A stretch of DNA of 64,000 nucleotides from Octopus bimaculoides (GCF_001194135.2 NC_068989.1:28843147-28907146), one strand, 5' to 3'; positions 39,288 through 52,424 are shown, numbered from the stretch's first letter. Translations and numbers: made by a program. Notes: generated from the sequence alone by a model not told the origin.

Positions 39288-40228
39288 TGTTATATATACA
39301 TAAATACGGACGTAGTAGATAACAGCTAGCCTTCGGCCACCCTTTTGGGCCCTGTTGTGTCCACTACTCTGATTGGTTGGTATTGGTGCAATTTGTCTCT
39401 TGCTCTATTGCACGCCAATATGCAACCCGACCAATCGCAGCCTTCAAATAAGGTCACGTGAGACAGTCTCTTATAAACCTCAGTTTGTGCCGACTGCTCA
39501 CTATAAAACTCTGGCTTTACATAGAATCGATGTTTTTCGGTTCCAGACCTTTTGAGGTTTAGCCATTGACCACACAGGACACGGCCAGTTTCTGCGACAA
39601 CACAACAGCAGCCACATGGAGACTCATCAACACTTCATCCAAGCAGCATTCATGACCTCCATCTCTGTTGCCAGCATTCATCCTAACATCAACATCATCT
39701 CTCTACGTACACAGCGACCAGCAACACTCGCACAGGTTTCAACACAACACTGTTTGTGAATTACGTCACCATGGTTAACAGCAAATACAACCTGCGACAA
39801 CCTCCTGTAACAGGTGACCGGCAGCAGCATCGTAGCCACAACATTACGTATGACAGGTACCTCAACCGGCTCTGCATTACTGCCACAACTACTTGATACA
39901 GCATTTTAACTATTGTGTACATTGACTACGAACTGGTATTTATCATCCTTGTATCTGAACATTCTTCTAATGTCATATTATAGGCTCTTTCAATGCTCTG
40001 TACTCATTGCACACGCATACACTTTGTTCTCATATCTATTATTATGTATATATGATGCACGCACATGTTAACATATAAATAAAATCTTCTCTTAAACATT
40101 CTACCCAGTTGTGTCTCTCTTTTCCTTATGGCACTTATACTCGTTCATCCTCTTCATATTTATTGTATCAACCGTATGATGTGCAAAGGAGCCATTCTTG
40201 TCACCTTTACTTCGCACGGTCGTTTACA
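39288..40228 (+). mobile_element. Probable solo LTR (about 940 bp) in a KDM4 intron
   Basis: TGTTA...TTTACA ends, CCAAT boxes, CACGTG, TATAAAA near 39502 and AATAAA near 40078. CpG-richer than the flanks. No TSD could be confirmed because the left flank is (CT)n. Confidence 0.55.
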
Positions 40229-40591
40229 ACTTTCTTGTATGAGTGGGATGGTTTATTTGTTGCAGCAAATGTTTTAACAGTTAGATGTTTTTCATACCAC
40301 TAAACCTTCATTCATCAAGAATGAGTGATGCATTAATCCAGCTCTATTTGCACAGAGTTTCAAAAACAGTTTGAAATTCATTTTGTTTTTATTGTATTAG
40401 GAGTAGTAATCCTCCCTCACCGAATAAGGACATTCCTGGACAGTCACAGCCAGCTGGCTAGAATCAGTAAAATAGTACATTTTTTACCATTCAAGATTTA
40501 ATTTGAAATGTGTTACTGAAACATCTTGCTGAAACCTTGTAGCTATTTATTTTTATATGCCACATAAGTTTTACTCTTTATAATTTTATAG

Positions 40592-40767
40592 GTGATTCCA
40601 CCACCAGAATGGACTCCAAGACGTGTTGGTTATGAAAATGTTGATCTCATGGTTCCTGCTCCTATCACTCAGGTGGTGAGTGGTTGTCAGGGATTGTATA
40701 CTCAATATAACATTCAGAGAAAAGGCATTCACGTTAAAGAATTTGAAAAGTTAGCCAACAGTGATCG
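40592..40767 (+). CDS. KDM4: KDM4 coding exon 2
   Basis: [58 protein letters not shown](R). TAG acceptor at 40591, donor CG|GTATGT, phase 0 to 2. Confidence 0.97.
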
Positions 40768-41569
40768 GTATGTTACCTTTTCTCATTTCCATTTTTATGG
40801 CTGCTTATTTCTTAAAATTTTGTTGAATTTGATGAGTTTACTTCTTATCTCGCTACCAACATTCTGTAATAAACTGTCATTTATTTTAGGGTATCTTTTT
40901 CTTTAGGGTCTGTTGTAATATTGCTCACTGGATTCAACATTCAGGATGGAACATTATCTGTTATAGTTGGAAGTTTTTAGTTTTTATATTTATCAAGGAA
41001 ACTCCTGTAGCAATTTAAAGTAAAACAGTAGAGGAAATGGAACTAAATGTGAATGGAAGAGTTATTTGGATATATAAAAAGGAAAACCCAAATCAAATAA
41101 CTACTTTATTGAAACAAAATTATTTAAGCAAAATTAGAGAATTTGTGCCTTTTCTTGTAAGAATTTTCTTTCTTTTTCTTTTTTGTGAAAAACTTTGTTA
41201 AAAATTTAGTAAGACCATAGATTGTCTAAGGTTTCTTCTTCATCAAACTGTTTTTAAGTTGATGCTTAACAAGACATAGAGAGGATAAAAACAATTTTAT
41301 TCTAAATGATACTAAGACACAATAAGCACCAGTTAGACAAACAACAGAGACTGGCTCCAATAACTATCAGATTGCTGGATGACTTTGTTACCAGCTGCAC
41401 TAAGTAAGTGCACTATAGTGTAATTGATAACAAAATAGTCTAGTAAGTGATAATTACAGTTTGTGTCTTGTCAGTGGGTATGTTTCTCATCTAACTGAAT
41501 TCAGTCCTAATAATGTTTAATATTATTTCATTGTTTTAGTGTGTTCTTTTTCCATAATTAAATGTAATA

Positions 41570-42787
41570 TTTGAGGGGAAGTCAGAAATTATCCGCACTT
41601 TCACCATAACATATCTTTATTATTGTCACACTGCCTTCTGCACATGTGTACTTATAGTTGGTGCTATTGTGATCACATGATCAAAGTTTGAGCCTGATTG
41701 TGCCATTTTTCTTTCTGGCTTTACAGTGTAAGCATGGCTGCTCCACTAGCAATGTGCACCAAAGAAGAAGGAGCAGTGATCTGATTTCTGTGGTCAGGTG
41801 TGTCAGGTGCTGAAATTCATCAGAGGCTTTTAACACAATTGGTTAATGGTTTTAACATTCTGGGCAGCCATGTGTGGGTGTGCATTGACATGCAATAACA
41901 AAACTTCAACAATAGGCTTTGGCATTTGGTGTGAATTGCCAGCTTCAGTTTGTTGGCCAGCAAAGTACTGTATCTTGCACTGTTGATTGTACACCCCTTT
42001 TCCAGGTAGTCTTCCAGTATAGGCCCTTTTGAGTCCTCAGAAAGGGTTAGCATCACCTTTCCCGCAGAGGACTGAGTCTTGAATTTCTTCGTTGCTGGTG
42101 AACCAGGATGTTGCCACTCCATACTCTCTTTTGGATTCTGCCTCATTATGATGGACCCACGTTTCATCTCCTGTGACTAATCTGCTCAAAAATTCCTCGC
42201 CCTCATTGTTGTAGCAATCAAGTAAATGTTGGCAGACATTTGCGCTTGTGCTCTGCAGTAAGCTCTCTTGGCACCCATCTTGCACAGACTTTATGGAAGC
42301 TGAGTCCATTGTGGGTAATTTGATAGGCAGAACCATGACTAATCTGCAGTGAACGAGCTACCTCATCAATGATAACTTACTGGTTTACTATTGCCATATC
42401 TTGAGCTTGCTGAATCTTTTCATCAGTGTTGGAGGTTGATGGGCGTCCTGTTCCCTCTTCATGCATCATGCTTGTCTGACCACTATTAAACTTCTTAATC
42501 CACTCATACACACTTCTATGCGGTAGTGCACTGTCCCCATATTATGCTAAAAACTTTCGATGAATTTCAGCTCGTGACACACCTGATCAGAGAAATCAGA
42601 TCACTGCTCTTTGTTCTTCTTTGGGGCACACTGTAAAGCCAGAAAGAAAAATGGTGCGATCGGGGTCAAACTTCGATCATGGGACCACAATAGTACCAAC
42701 TATAAGCACACCTGTCCAGAGGGCAGTGTGAAAATGATAAAGACATGTTATGGCAAAAGTGGGGATAATTTTTGATTTCCCTTTGTA
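41570..42787 (-). mobile_element. Rearranged mariner element carrying two 5' ends in inverted orientation
   Basis: Minus-strand transposase (WVP-region, LVTGDETWVHH, GKVML, RPH-like) runs from 42787 to ~41830. 41570-41830 is a plus-strand copy of the same 5' end. TA flanks. Confidence 0.85.
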
Positions 42788-43434
42788 TAATCATTCTTTG
42801 TGTCTTGATCCATTTCTGTCTCACTTTTGATGCTTAAAGTCTTTTACATCTGACCTAACACTTCTCCCAAGTTTGGTGCTTTCCACATTCAATTTACATC
42901 TTTCCTTCCAGTAATACACTGAAATTAACTGGTTTCCTTTGACTACATGAACGTGTTGTGTTGGAATTTAAGTTTATATTAGAATTTCAAAACAACTTTA
43001 ATCTCAATATTTTCCTTTAAAAGTTAATAATTAGAGGTTGGCTACATAGTAGGATTAAGCAGTTGGTAATTTCTTCAAGTTCTTGACTAGCTAACACTTC
43101 TGTTATGTAGGTTCACTTTGAAATTATCAAAATCATTATTTGATTGTATAAATAGGTCAGGTTGTTAAATATTTTAGCTTTTGTTTTTTGAAAAGATTTG
43201 ATTTTGGGCATGTTATTTGATAAATATTAGATATATTTACAGAGTAGATTGTATGTTTAAAATAAAAGAATTAAAAAAAATTTTTTTTTTGTTATTGGTT
43301 GAATCTCTTCAAGTGAAATCTACAATTACAGAGTGGGTGATCATCTGTTAATTAGATGTTTACAATATTTGTGGCATTTACCTTATTCTCCACCTTCACA
43401 GCTTAGCTATTATCTCTTTCCCCAATTTATAAGA

Positions 43435-44400
43435 TTATTCTATGAATCTGCCTTTAACTTTGATGATTGCTTTAATGTGGGACTGGAATCATTGACATAC
43501 CTGCACTAAATTGTCCTTATTCATTTTGAAAATCACCTGGACAGTGGCAGCCTTCAGTGAAGGTACAGTATGGGAATGATGTACATTAGTATCACTTACA
43601 ACAATGCTCCAAACATAGTAGTTAATGGGATTTAAATCTGGCTGGTTTGGTGTAACATGATTGTAAAGATTGTCTAATATCCATTCTTGGGTTACATGTG
43701 CTTTGTGCAGTGTTGAATCTTGTTGAAGCATGTTTGGCCTTCCATTGCATGCTTATCCAAAGCTGGAAAACTCTCTAGCATCTCAATGTATCCGGCAATA
43801 TTAATTCTACAATCCTGTGAGGTGGCATGATATGGCTTTTGTTACTCACCATTCTTAAAACCATCACTATTGCTGGAATCTTAGTATTCATCATTTTGGG
43901 GACATAAGAAGAATCTGCACATAACCATCTGTCATTTTTCCTGTTAAACTTTGGGTCTTGGTTGAAGTTTTTCTCATCAGAGAAGAACCAAAGCATGTGA
44001 TATTCATGAGAATTTTTAAACCTTGTTAAGAAACTACTTTGCACAGATCAAACAGTTTTCCAACTGAATGTCCATGTGCACCACAGTTCTGATAGTCCAC
44101 TCCGACACCTGAAGTTCTTTGACTTTCCAGGATTATCATCAATAATATTTTGAAACTGTTTGATAAATTACACTAGCCTTATAGTATTCAAATGTTTAGA
44201 ATTTTTTTGATACAGTTAAGACATTCTTACCAAAGGCATCCAATTCTATCTAAACTTTGCGTACAAAAGATTTTGCAACATTTAGAAGGCTGGTGATTTC
44301 CAAATTGTTGTGTTCCTCACATAGGGCAACAACAACTACATGTCTTTTTTTGTTAGCATTTTATCTGCCATGAGGAATCTGAAAGAAATTAAAACCTTTT
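43435..44400 (-). mobile_element. Decayed maT/DD37D-type transposase fragment
   Basis: WFFSDEKNF, NRKNDRWL, LQQDS and PDLNPINYYVWS motifs; same type as 8421-9248. Confidence 0.75.
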
Positions 44401-44485
44401 AATTGGTTTGAAGTGTGTAATATACTGGTAACTAAGTGCCCTCAAATGTCCCTTGCACCCTGTGTGTGCATATGCGCATGCATGT

Positions 44486-44529
<44 letters not shown>

Positions 44530-45212
44530 TCTTTGTCTTCAACCAAATCCACTCACAAGGCTTTTGTTGGTCTGGGGTTATAGTTGAAAATGCTTGCCCA
44601 AGATGCTGTGCAGTGGGACTGAACCTGAGACAACATAGATAGGATGTAAGCTTCTAAACCACACAGCCATTCCTATGCTGTGAACCACACCTATGCCATG
44701 AAGAAAATTAAAGTGCTGAAGTAAAATACAGCACTGTCTTGTGTACTGTGCTAGCTGTACTGCCACTGTTGTGGCATGTTAATCCGTCACCATATTTATT
44801 ATTTGTTAATTATAGATAGAAAATAGATAGAAAGCACTGAAATAATAAGAATATATTCATGCTTTACAGTCTCAAGTTTAGCACTTTATGGTTTGAGGTC
44901 CTCATCTAGAAGGTTTAGTATTGAAAGAATAATTTAGAGGAATATTTGGGGTATTTAATGACTTATAAAACCCCGTCCTTCTGAAAAGTGTAAGCATTTG
45001 ATCAAATAATTATTGATTATCTTAATACTGTTTTAGTTCTTTGATTAAATAGTGTTGATAAAACTGATACTAGAAGCAGTGTAGTTAGAGGTGTTACTAT
45101 TAGTATCAATTCAGACTTTCATGAAGCAAGAACAGATTTAAAAAAAAAAAAAAACTGTCTGTGGACTATCTTGTCAAATTGTGTTGTTTATTTTCATTTT
45201 TATTTTTTCCAG

Positions 45213-45571
45213 CTACCATACTCCTCGACATAGTGACTATGAAGAGTTGGAGAGAAAGTACTGGAAAAACATTACATTTGTTGCTCCTGTATATGGAGCA
45301 GATATTTCTGGCAGTTTATATGATGAAGACCAAGATTATTGGAATATCAATAGGTTAGGAACCATATTAGACCATGTTAATGAGGATTATGGGATCAAGA
45401 TTGAAGGTGTCAACACTGCATATCTTTATTTTGGCATGTGGAAAACCACATTTGCTTGGCACACTGAAGATATGGACTTATACAGTATCAACTATATTCA
45501 TTATGGAGCACCAAAATCCTGGTATGCTATCCCACCTGAACATGGAAGAAGGTTGGAACGACTTGCACAAG
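45213..45571 (+). CDS. KDM4: KDM4 coding exon 3 (JmjC N-half; Fe ligands HxE)
   Basis: [19 protein letters not shown]...VYGADISG...[56 protein letters not shown](G). CAG acceptor at 45212, donor AG|GTATTC, phase 2 to 1. Confidence 0.98.
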
Positions 45572-45681
45572 GTATTCCTTAAATTTACCTCCTGTCACCA
45601 TCTTGATTAGGGCATGTGTACATCCCTCCTATTACATAAATTTTTGATGTTCGTACAATAAATATGCCAAGAATGTTTCCA

Positions 45682-45717
<36 letters not shown>

Positions 45718-45719
<2 letters not shown>

Positions 45720-46580
45720 TTATTGCTGGAAGTGAAAACAAAAGCTAAGATGTTTTAATCTTTGTTTTAGTTTATTTTCATGTAATGCCATTTAATCTTC
45801 CTCTCCCATACAGCATCCTTACCAGCCGCTTTCTCATATATACTATGTAGCTTAGATTAGTACAAATTCTCCTATGTTTTATGTTCGTATGTAGAATAAA
45901 ACAGTATGATTTTTTTCATATGCTCCTAAGTTTACATGATAATATATAGCTTGAAACACTAATCTATAGTATCATATGGCTTATTGTGTATTGATAATAA
46001 TAATTATAATAAAAGTTCTGAATGTTAATATACATTAAAAATCAGTATAGGGTGTATTATTGTTGTTGTTTTTAATGTATGTTAATATTCAAAACGTTTT
46101 TTATTATTATTATTAATAATAATAATAAAAGTTTTGAATATTAACATACATTAAAAAAAAAAAACTAACAGCATCCATCTTGCAAAAACATTCTGTAGTG
46201 ATAGATATAGTCTGTTTTACTTGCTTATTGCCAAAAGTGAAAACAGAAGCTAAGTTTATTTAATCTTAGTCTTACTTTATTTTCATGTATTTTCATGTAA
46301 TGCCGTTTAATTATTCTCTCCCATACAGCATCCTTACCAGCTGATTTCGTATATATATTATGTAGCTTAGATTAGTACGAATTCTTCTATGTTTTATGTT
46401 AGTATGTAGAATAGAACAGTATGATTGTTTCCATATGCTCCTAAGTTTATATGATAATGTATAGCTTCAAGTGTTAATCTATGATATTATGTGGTTTAGG
46501 GTGTATTGATGATAATAATTATAATAAGAATTCTGAATCTTAATGTACATTAAAAACAGTGTCCATCTTGCAAAAACATT
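45718..46580. repeat. Local tandem duplication, period about 515 bp
   Basis: CTCTCCCATACAGCATCCTTACCAG and about 350 bp of following sequence occur at ~45800 and ~46315 (roughly 85% by eye). Confidence 0.85.
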
Positions 46581-46859
46581 ATGCCTGCCCCACTCCCACC
46601 ATTTCATTATAAATATACATGACTTTCTCCTTAGCTAATCATAATCATATTTTTTAAGTGTGCACACCTGTCAGCTTACTGTATAAGTGTCTGTATGTAG
46701 TTATGTGAACCTCATTAGGTATATATGTCAGTGTGGCTGTATGTATTTATGAGTATATATGTATATATTTACATCTATGTATACCTCTGTGTGGACTTCT
46801 TGTTCATATGTGTGTATGTATATATGAGTATATGGGTGTACTTATATCTATATTGCATC

Positions 46860-47100
46860 GTCATTCATGTGATGCATATGAATGAGGACAGCTGCATAAA
46901 GAAGTGCTTACACTGAAGTGGATGGTATCCGCAGAAGAGGGAGATCCAGGAAGATGTGGAATGAAGTGGTAAGGACTAATCTCAGGATGTTGGGCCTCAT
47001 GGAGGAAATGAAAATGGACTGAAATGTCTGTTGATATGAAGTTCTAGCGAAGACCTGCTCATGTCAGCAAAACTGAGTTCGAGAGGCTGTGTCCCACTGA
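46860..47100 (+). mobile_element. 3' end fragment of an RTE LINE
   Basis: HVMHMNEDSCIKKC...GRSRKMWNEVV..NL..LGL matches the RTE C-terminal motif seen in other copies in the window. Confidence 0.6.
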
Positions 47101-48280
47101 CACTTAACAGGAAAACTTCTCTCACACTCTACCACAACAAACCAAACTATGTCTCTACATCTCTTCTCTTCCTCACATTTCTGCTTCATGCGCTATGCTT
47201 ACCTCCCACTCCCCAATCCTGTCCNNNNNNNNNNCTTCCTCACATTTCTGCTTCATGCGCTATGCTTACCTCCCACTCCCCAATCCTGTCCTCTTGGCCC
47301 TGCTCCACTGTATCATTGCTCTCCACTAACTCCTGACCTGTGTGTTCCACCCCACATGCCCTCATTCACTGTATTATTGCTATCTGCTAGCCCCTGACCT
47401 GTGTGTTCCACCCACACATAACAAGAAAACTTTTCACTCACCTTACCCCGACAAACCAATCTACACCTCCACATCTCTTCTCTTCCTCATATTTCCTCCT
47501 TCATACACTATGCCCTGCTCTCACTTCCCAATCCTGTCCTCACAACCCTCTTCCTCTGTATCACTGCTATTCAGTAGCCCTCCCGACTATATATACTCAA
47601 GTTTTCACTACCACCCCTCTGTACTCTTTAATCACACTTCCTTTGCAATATCCTACCACATTATGGCATTCAAACTTCTGATCACCATCCCTTGTATGCC
47701 CAGCATTTTGCAACCATCTCTATTCTACAGTCTCCCACTCTCTTTCCTTCTCCTGCATTTCCCTCAGGTTGAGTAATCATGTATTACCTTTGCAGTAGCG
47801 CACTTGTTTCTATCTTCAATCCTGGTCTCTCTGTAACCTTGTACTTTCTCTGCAGCAAGACATCTGTTTCTGTGAAACCATCCCATCCATGCTAGCATGG
47901 AAGGCAGATGTTAAACAATGATGATGTGTACATTTATATAGACAACATGTTCATATGTGTGTGCATGTGTGGGTATATCGATAGTGAATATATATGTGTG
48001 TGTATTTGTATGTATGAATATGCAAGATTCATACCATGCTGTATATATGTAAGATTCATACCATGTCTTTGTATATGTAGACATATATGAGATATGTGTA
48101 TATTAGCATATAAAGTTAATACTGTGTATGTATAAATGGACATGCATGACTACTTTCATGCCCTTCTTACCCCTCTCTTTACTGGGCCTTAATCTGGATG
48201 CTGTATGGGAGTGAGCAAATTGTACTTCATTGGATTGAATACATGCTGTACCAAGGTATATGTGTATATATATATACATA

Positions 48281-49500
48281 CTAGCAGCTAAGCCCGGTTT
48301 CACCCGGTCTGTTTGGATGATGTGGCTTTGATCGTTTTCAGTTAGGCATAATCTGTCACAGTGTTTCTCAACCTTATCATTTCGGGTCCCCTGCTTCAAT
48401 TGGAGCCTCCAGCTGTATGAAAATTTTCTCCCCTCTTCCCTGACAGAAAACAGCTTTGCCCATTCCCCCCTCCCAAAAAACTACCCTTTGTTGAAATTTT
48501 TTTTTTTCTACAGAAACCCCCCTTTTCGGCTACGGGGAGTACGAATCTGCAAAAAAAGTGGCAAAGATCAACATTTCTAAATTACTCCCACCCCCATTTC
48601 CTTCATTTTGAACTTTTTTGAGAATTTTTTNNNNNNNNNNNNNNNNNNNNNNNNNNNNNNNNNNNNNNNNNNNNNNNNNNNNNNNNNNNNNNNNNNNNNN
48701 NNNNNNNNNNNNNNNNNNNNNNNNNNNNNNNNNNNNNNNNNNNNNNNNNNNNNNNNNNNNNNNNNNNNNNNNNNNNNNNNNNNNNNNNNNNNNNNNNNNN
48801 NNNNNNNNNNNNNNNNNNNNNNNNNNNNNNNNNNNNNNNNNNNNNNNNNNNNNNNNNNNNNNNNNNNNNNNNNNNNNNNNNNNNNNNNNNNNNNNNNNNN
48901 NNNNNNNNNNNNNNNNNNNNNNNNNNNNNNNNNNNNNNNNNNNNNNNNNNNNNNNNNNNNNNNNNNNNNNNNNNNNNNNNNNNNNNNNNNNNNNNNNNNN
49001 NNNNNNNNNNNNNNNNNNATGTGAGGTCATGGTAGAAAATTTTTACGATAGTTGATTTATGGAAAAGATTATGTCAAATTTTTGAAATGCAAATCTGTGA
49101 ATGAAAATTAAGTTCAGACCTCTACATGGTAAGTAGATCTGGTAGAAATAGCATCCAAACCTCCCTCAAAATACCCTACTGTATTAATGCAACAATTCTG
49201 CATATTATGTAGTTTGAATGAGAAACTGTAACTAAAGATGAAGATAATTAAACCCACAAAGAGGTGAAAGAAGAGAGACAGCATAGCGAAAGTTTTGGCT
49301 GACTCATCCTGTAGTCCCCTTGTTGCTGTGTGAGCAACTGGTTGCATTAATGGCAGAACAAAGAGGGGATTTGCATTAGAAAATGTTTTAATCGATTTTC
49401 TCGGTAAGTATGGGGGGTAGGAAAAAAATAGAAGAGGCATTAAGAAGTTGACGTTAAGAATTGCTTTAACAATTAGAAAATGTTTGACATTTCAATCATC
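48281..49500 (-). mobile_element. Helitron-like non-autonomous element (3' end at 48281)
   Basis: The minus strand reads CCGG-GTGAAA-CCGG hairpin, then GCTTAGCTG-CTAG|T. The interior is broken by the gap 48631-49018 and the far boundary is uncertain. Confidence 0.5.
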
Positions 49501-50249
49501 ACTAAAAAAATGAAGCTGTAAGAATTTACGGGGAAATTGTATGTAAGAAGTAAAGCAGAAATGATTTGTAACTGTACTGCCAAAGTTCTGCAACTTAATA
49601 GCAGACGTATCCAATTTAAGAAAAGTGAAGATAAAAACTAAGTGAAGAAGTATGGAATAAGTCATTGTTATACGCTTATAGAAAAAATAGACACGTACCT
49701 TTTTAAAGAACATAATGTAGCTGAGAGCTATTGTATTAGATGTTTGTGTAATGTAATAGCTAATTGTAGCGAGCAGAAATTGAAAGATATATGAAATGGG
49801 TGTGTACGTGTGTGTTTTTGCGGATAATTTGGCGGGAGTTTTGCCAACTACTCTGAGAGTATAGTGGGTGCTTTTTATGTGCCACTGGCATGGGAGCCAG
49901 TCAGGCAGCACTGGCATCGACCATGCTCAAACAATGCTTTTTATGTGCCACCTGCATGGGTGCCAGTCAGGTGGACTGGCATAGCTTACACTTGAATGAT
50001 GCTTTTTACATGTCACTGGCATGGGTTCCAGTCAGGCGGCACTGACATTGGCCACAACTGTGATTTCATTTTGTCCAACTGGTCTTCACAAACACAGCAA
50101 TTGAAGGGAGCTTTTAAATAGGCCAGTTATATGACACTGGCATCGGCCACGACTACAATCTTACTTGGCTTGCTGGGTCTTCTCAAGCACAGCATATCTC
50201 CAAAGATCTCAGGCATTACAGGGGCAATGACAAGCGACCAAAGTTTGAG

Positions 50250-51370
50250 GGTTGTGCTTCACCACCTCATCCCATGTCTTCCTGGGTCTACTTCTTCCAC
50301 AGGTTCCATCAACTTTTAGGGTGTGACACTTCTTCATACAGTTGTCCTTATCCATATGCATCACATGACCATACTAGCACAGTTGTCTCCCTTGCACACT
50401 ACATCTGATGCTTATGTCCAACTTTTCTCTCAGGTCACTTACACTGTGTCGTGAATGCACGCTGACATTACACATCCAGCAGAGCATAGTAGCTTCATTT
50501 CTTTCAAGCCTATGCATGTCCTCAGTAGTCATAGCCCATGTTTCATTGCCATGTAGCATGGCTGTTTGCACACAGGTATCATACAGTCTACCTTTCACTC
50601 TGAGAGAGAGAACTTTTGTTACCAGCAGAAGTAAGAGCTCTCTGAACTATGCCCTGGAAATTCTTATTCTAGTAGCTATACTCTCAGAGCGTGGAGGCGC
50701 AATGGCCTAGTGGCTCCGGCAGGGGACGGCGGCGAACCCTGCTGTACTCTTTCACCACAACTTTCTCTCACTCTTACTTCCTGTTTCTGTTGTGCCTGTA
50801 TTTCAAAGGGTCAGCCTTGTCACACTGTGTCATGCTGAATATCCCCGAGAACTACGTTAAGAGTACACGTGTCTGTGGAGTGCTTAGCCACTTGCACGTT
50901 AATTTCACGAGCAGGCTGTTCCGTTGATCGGATCAACTGGAACCCTCGACATCGTAATCGACGGAGTGCCAACAACTCTCAGAGCAACCACCCCAGCTTC
51001 TGACTTGATCACCTAGGTAATGGAAGCTATCAACAATTTCTAGTTTTTTCCCCCTGGCATGTGATGAAATCTGTGTTCTGTACTTTTTGATGTTTATTGC
51101 ACCTGTGCTCTACCACACACAAAAACTGTCTTTTCAGTTAAACTTCCTTTGATATTGCTGCACCATAGCTTACACCAAGTACATCTTATGGAGTTTCTAC
51201 CTATTCCTTTTCTACAGATTGAACAGGACCATTTACCTTAAGGGATTTGTGATTTGTCTACCTTCCTACTTACGAAGACTTTAGGCTTTGCTAGGTTGAC
51301 TTGAAAGCCCTTCAATTCTAAACCTTGCTTCCACACCTGAAACTTCTTCTCTAGTTCTGATAGTAACTCA
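50250..51370 (-). mobile_element. RTE LINE RT C-terminal fragment interrupted by a SINE
   Basis: KGRLYDTCVQTAMLHGNETW...HRLERNEATMLCWMC (ORF 50374-50598); colinear with 55240-56000. Confidence 0.85.
50691..50974 (+). mobile_element. Young tRNA-head SINE with an 11-bp TSD
   Basis: ACTCTCAGAGC is duplicated at 50680-50690 and 50975-50985. A-box-like TGGCCTAGTGG head, CpGs retained, (CAA) tail. Confidence 0.8.
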
Positions 51371-51373
51371 GCT

Positions 51374-51405
<32 letters not shown>

Positions 51406-51518
51406 GTGGTTGGGGAGAAGATGTGTATTGGTATGCGGGAAAAAATATTGGAGAAAATCTAAAAACAATTATACATTTTTCAAATTCAGCTAGCTGCATT
51501 TTCAAACCCAACACAAAT

Positions 51519-51599
<81 letters not shown>

Positions 51600-51663
51600 G
51601 TATATGATTATGTATGTGTGTGTGTGCATAATTACTAAATTTGTTAATGTATGCTACTAATAG

Positions 51664-52240
51664 TCATCATCATCATCGTTTAGCATCCGCTTTCCATGCT
51701 AGCATGGGTTGGACAATTTGACTGAGGACTGGTGAATCAGATGGCTGCACCAGGCTCCAATCTGATCTGGCAGAGTTTCTACAGCTGGATGCCCTTCCTA
51801 ACGTCAACCACTCCGAGAGTGTAGTGGGTGCTTTTACGTGTCACTGGCACGAGGGCCAGTCAAGTGGTACTGGCAACGGCCACGCTCAAATGGTGTCTTT
51901 TACATGCCACCTGCATAGGAGCCAGGCCAGCGGCACTGGCAACGACCTCGCTCGAATGCTTTTTCACATGCCACCTGCAGAAGTGCCAGTTAGGCGACGC
52001 TGGTAACAATCACGCTCAAATGGTGCTTTTTACGTGCCACCAGTACAGAAGCCAGACAGCTGCTCTGGCAATGATCATGCTGAGATGGTGCTGTTAGCGT
52101 TCCACTGGCATGGGTGCCAGTCATCGAATTCGGTTCAATTACGATTTTGATTTCCCTTGCTCCAACAGGTCTTCGCAAGCCGAGTTTAGTGTCTAATGAA
52201 GGAAAGGTTGGCATGGGTGCCAGTCATCAAATTTGGTTCG
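51664..52240 (-). mobile_element. SINE 3' part with an internal ~57-bp tandem array
   Basis: Begins with the reverse-complement (GAT)n tail. Units of GGCAACGGCCACGCTCAAATGGTGCTTTTTACGTGCCACC type occur about 5 times. Confidence 0.75.
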
Positions 52241-52424
52241 AAGTGTTAATAATAATTAGATATTACTAATTCTTTATTAAGTCCATGTAATAATAATGAG
52301 GGTTCAAACATAGAATTTAGTAGTTTCTAAAATCAGCATCCATCTTTGTAACCCCCACTTCCCCTTCCCCATCATTTTCATTTAAACATACATGAATTCC
52401 TTCTTTGGCAACTAATATATATAT

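Noticed and set aside
47168-47291. Exact 57-bp direct repeat on both sides of a 10-N gap
   Set aside because: Typical unmerged contig overlap, i.e. an assembly artefact rather than a real duplication.
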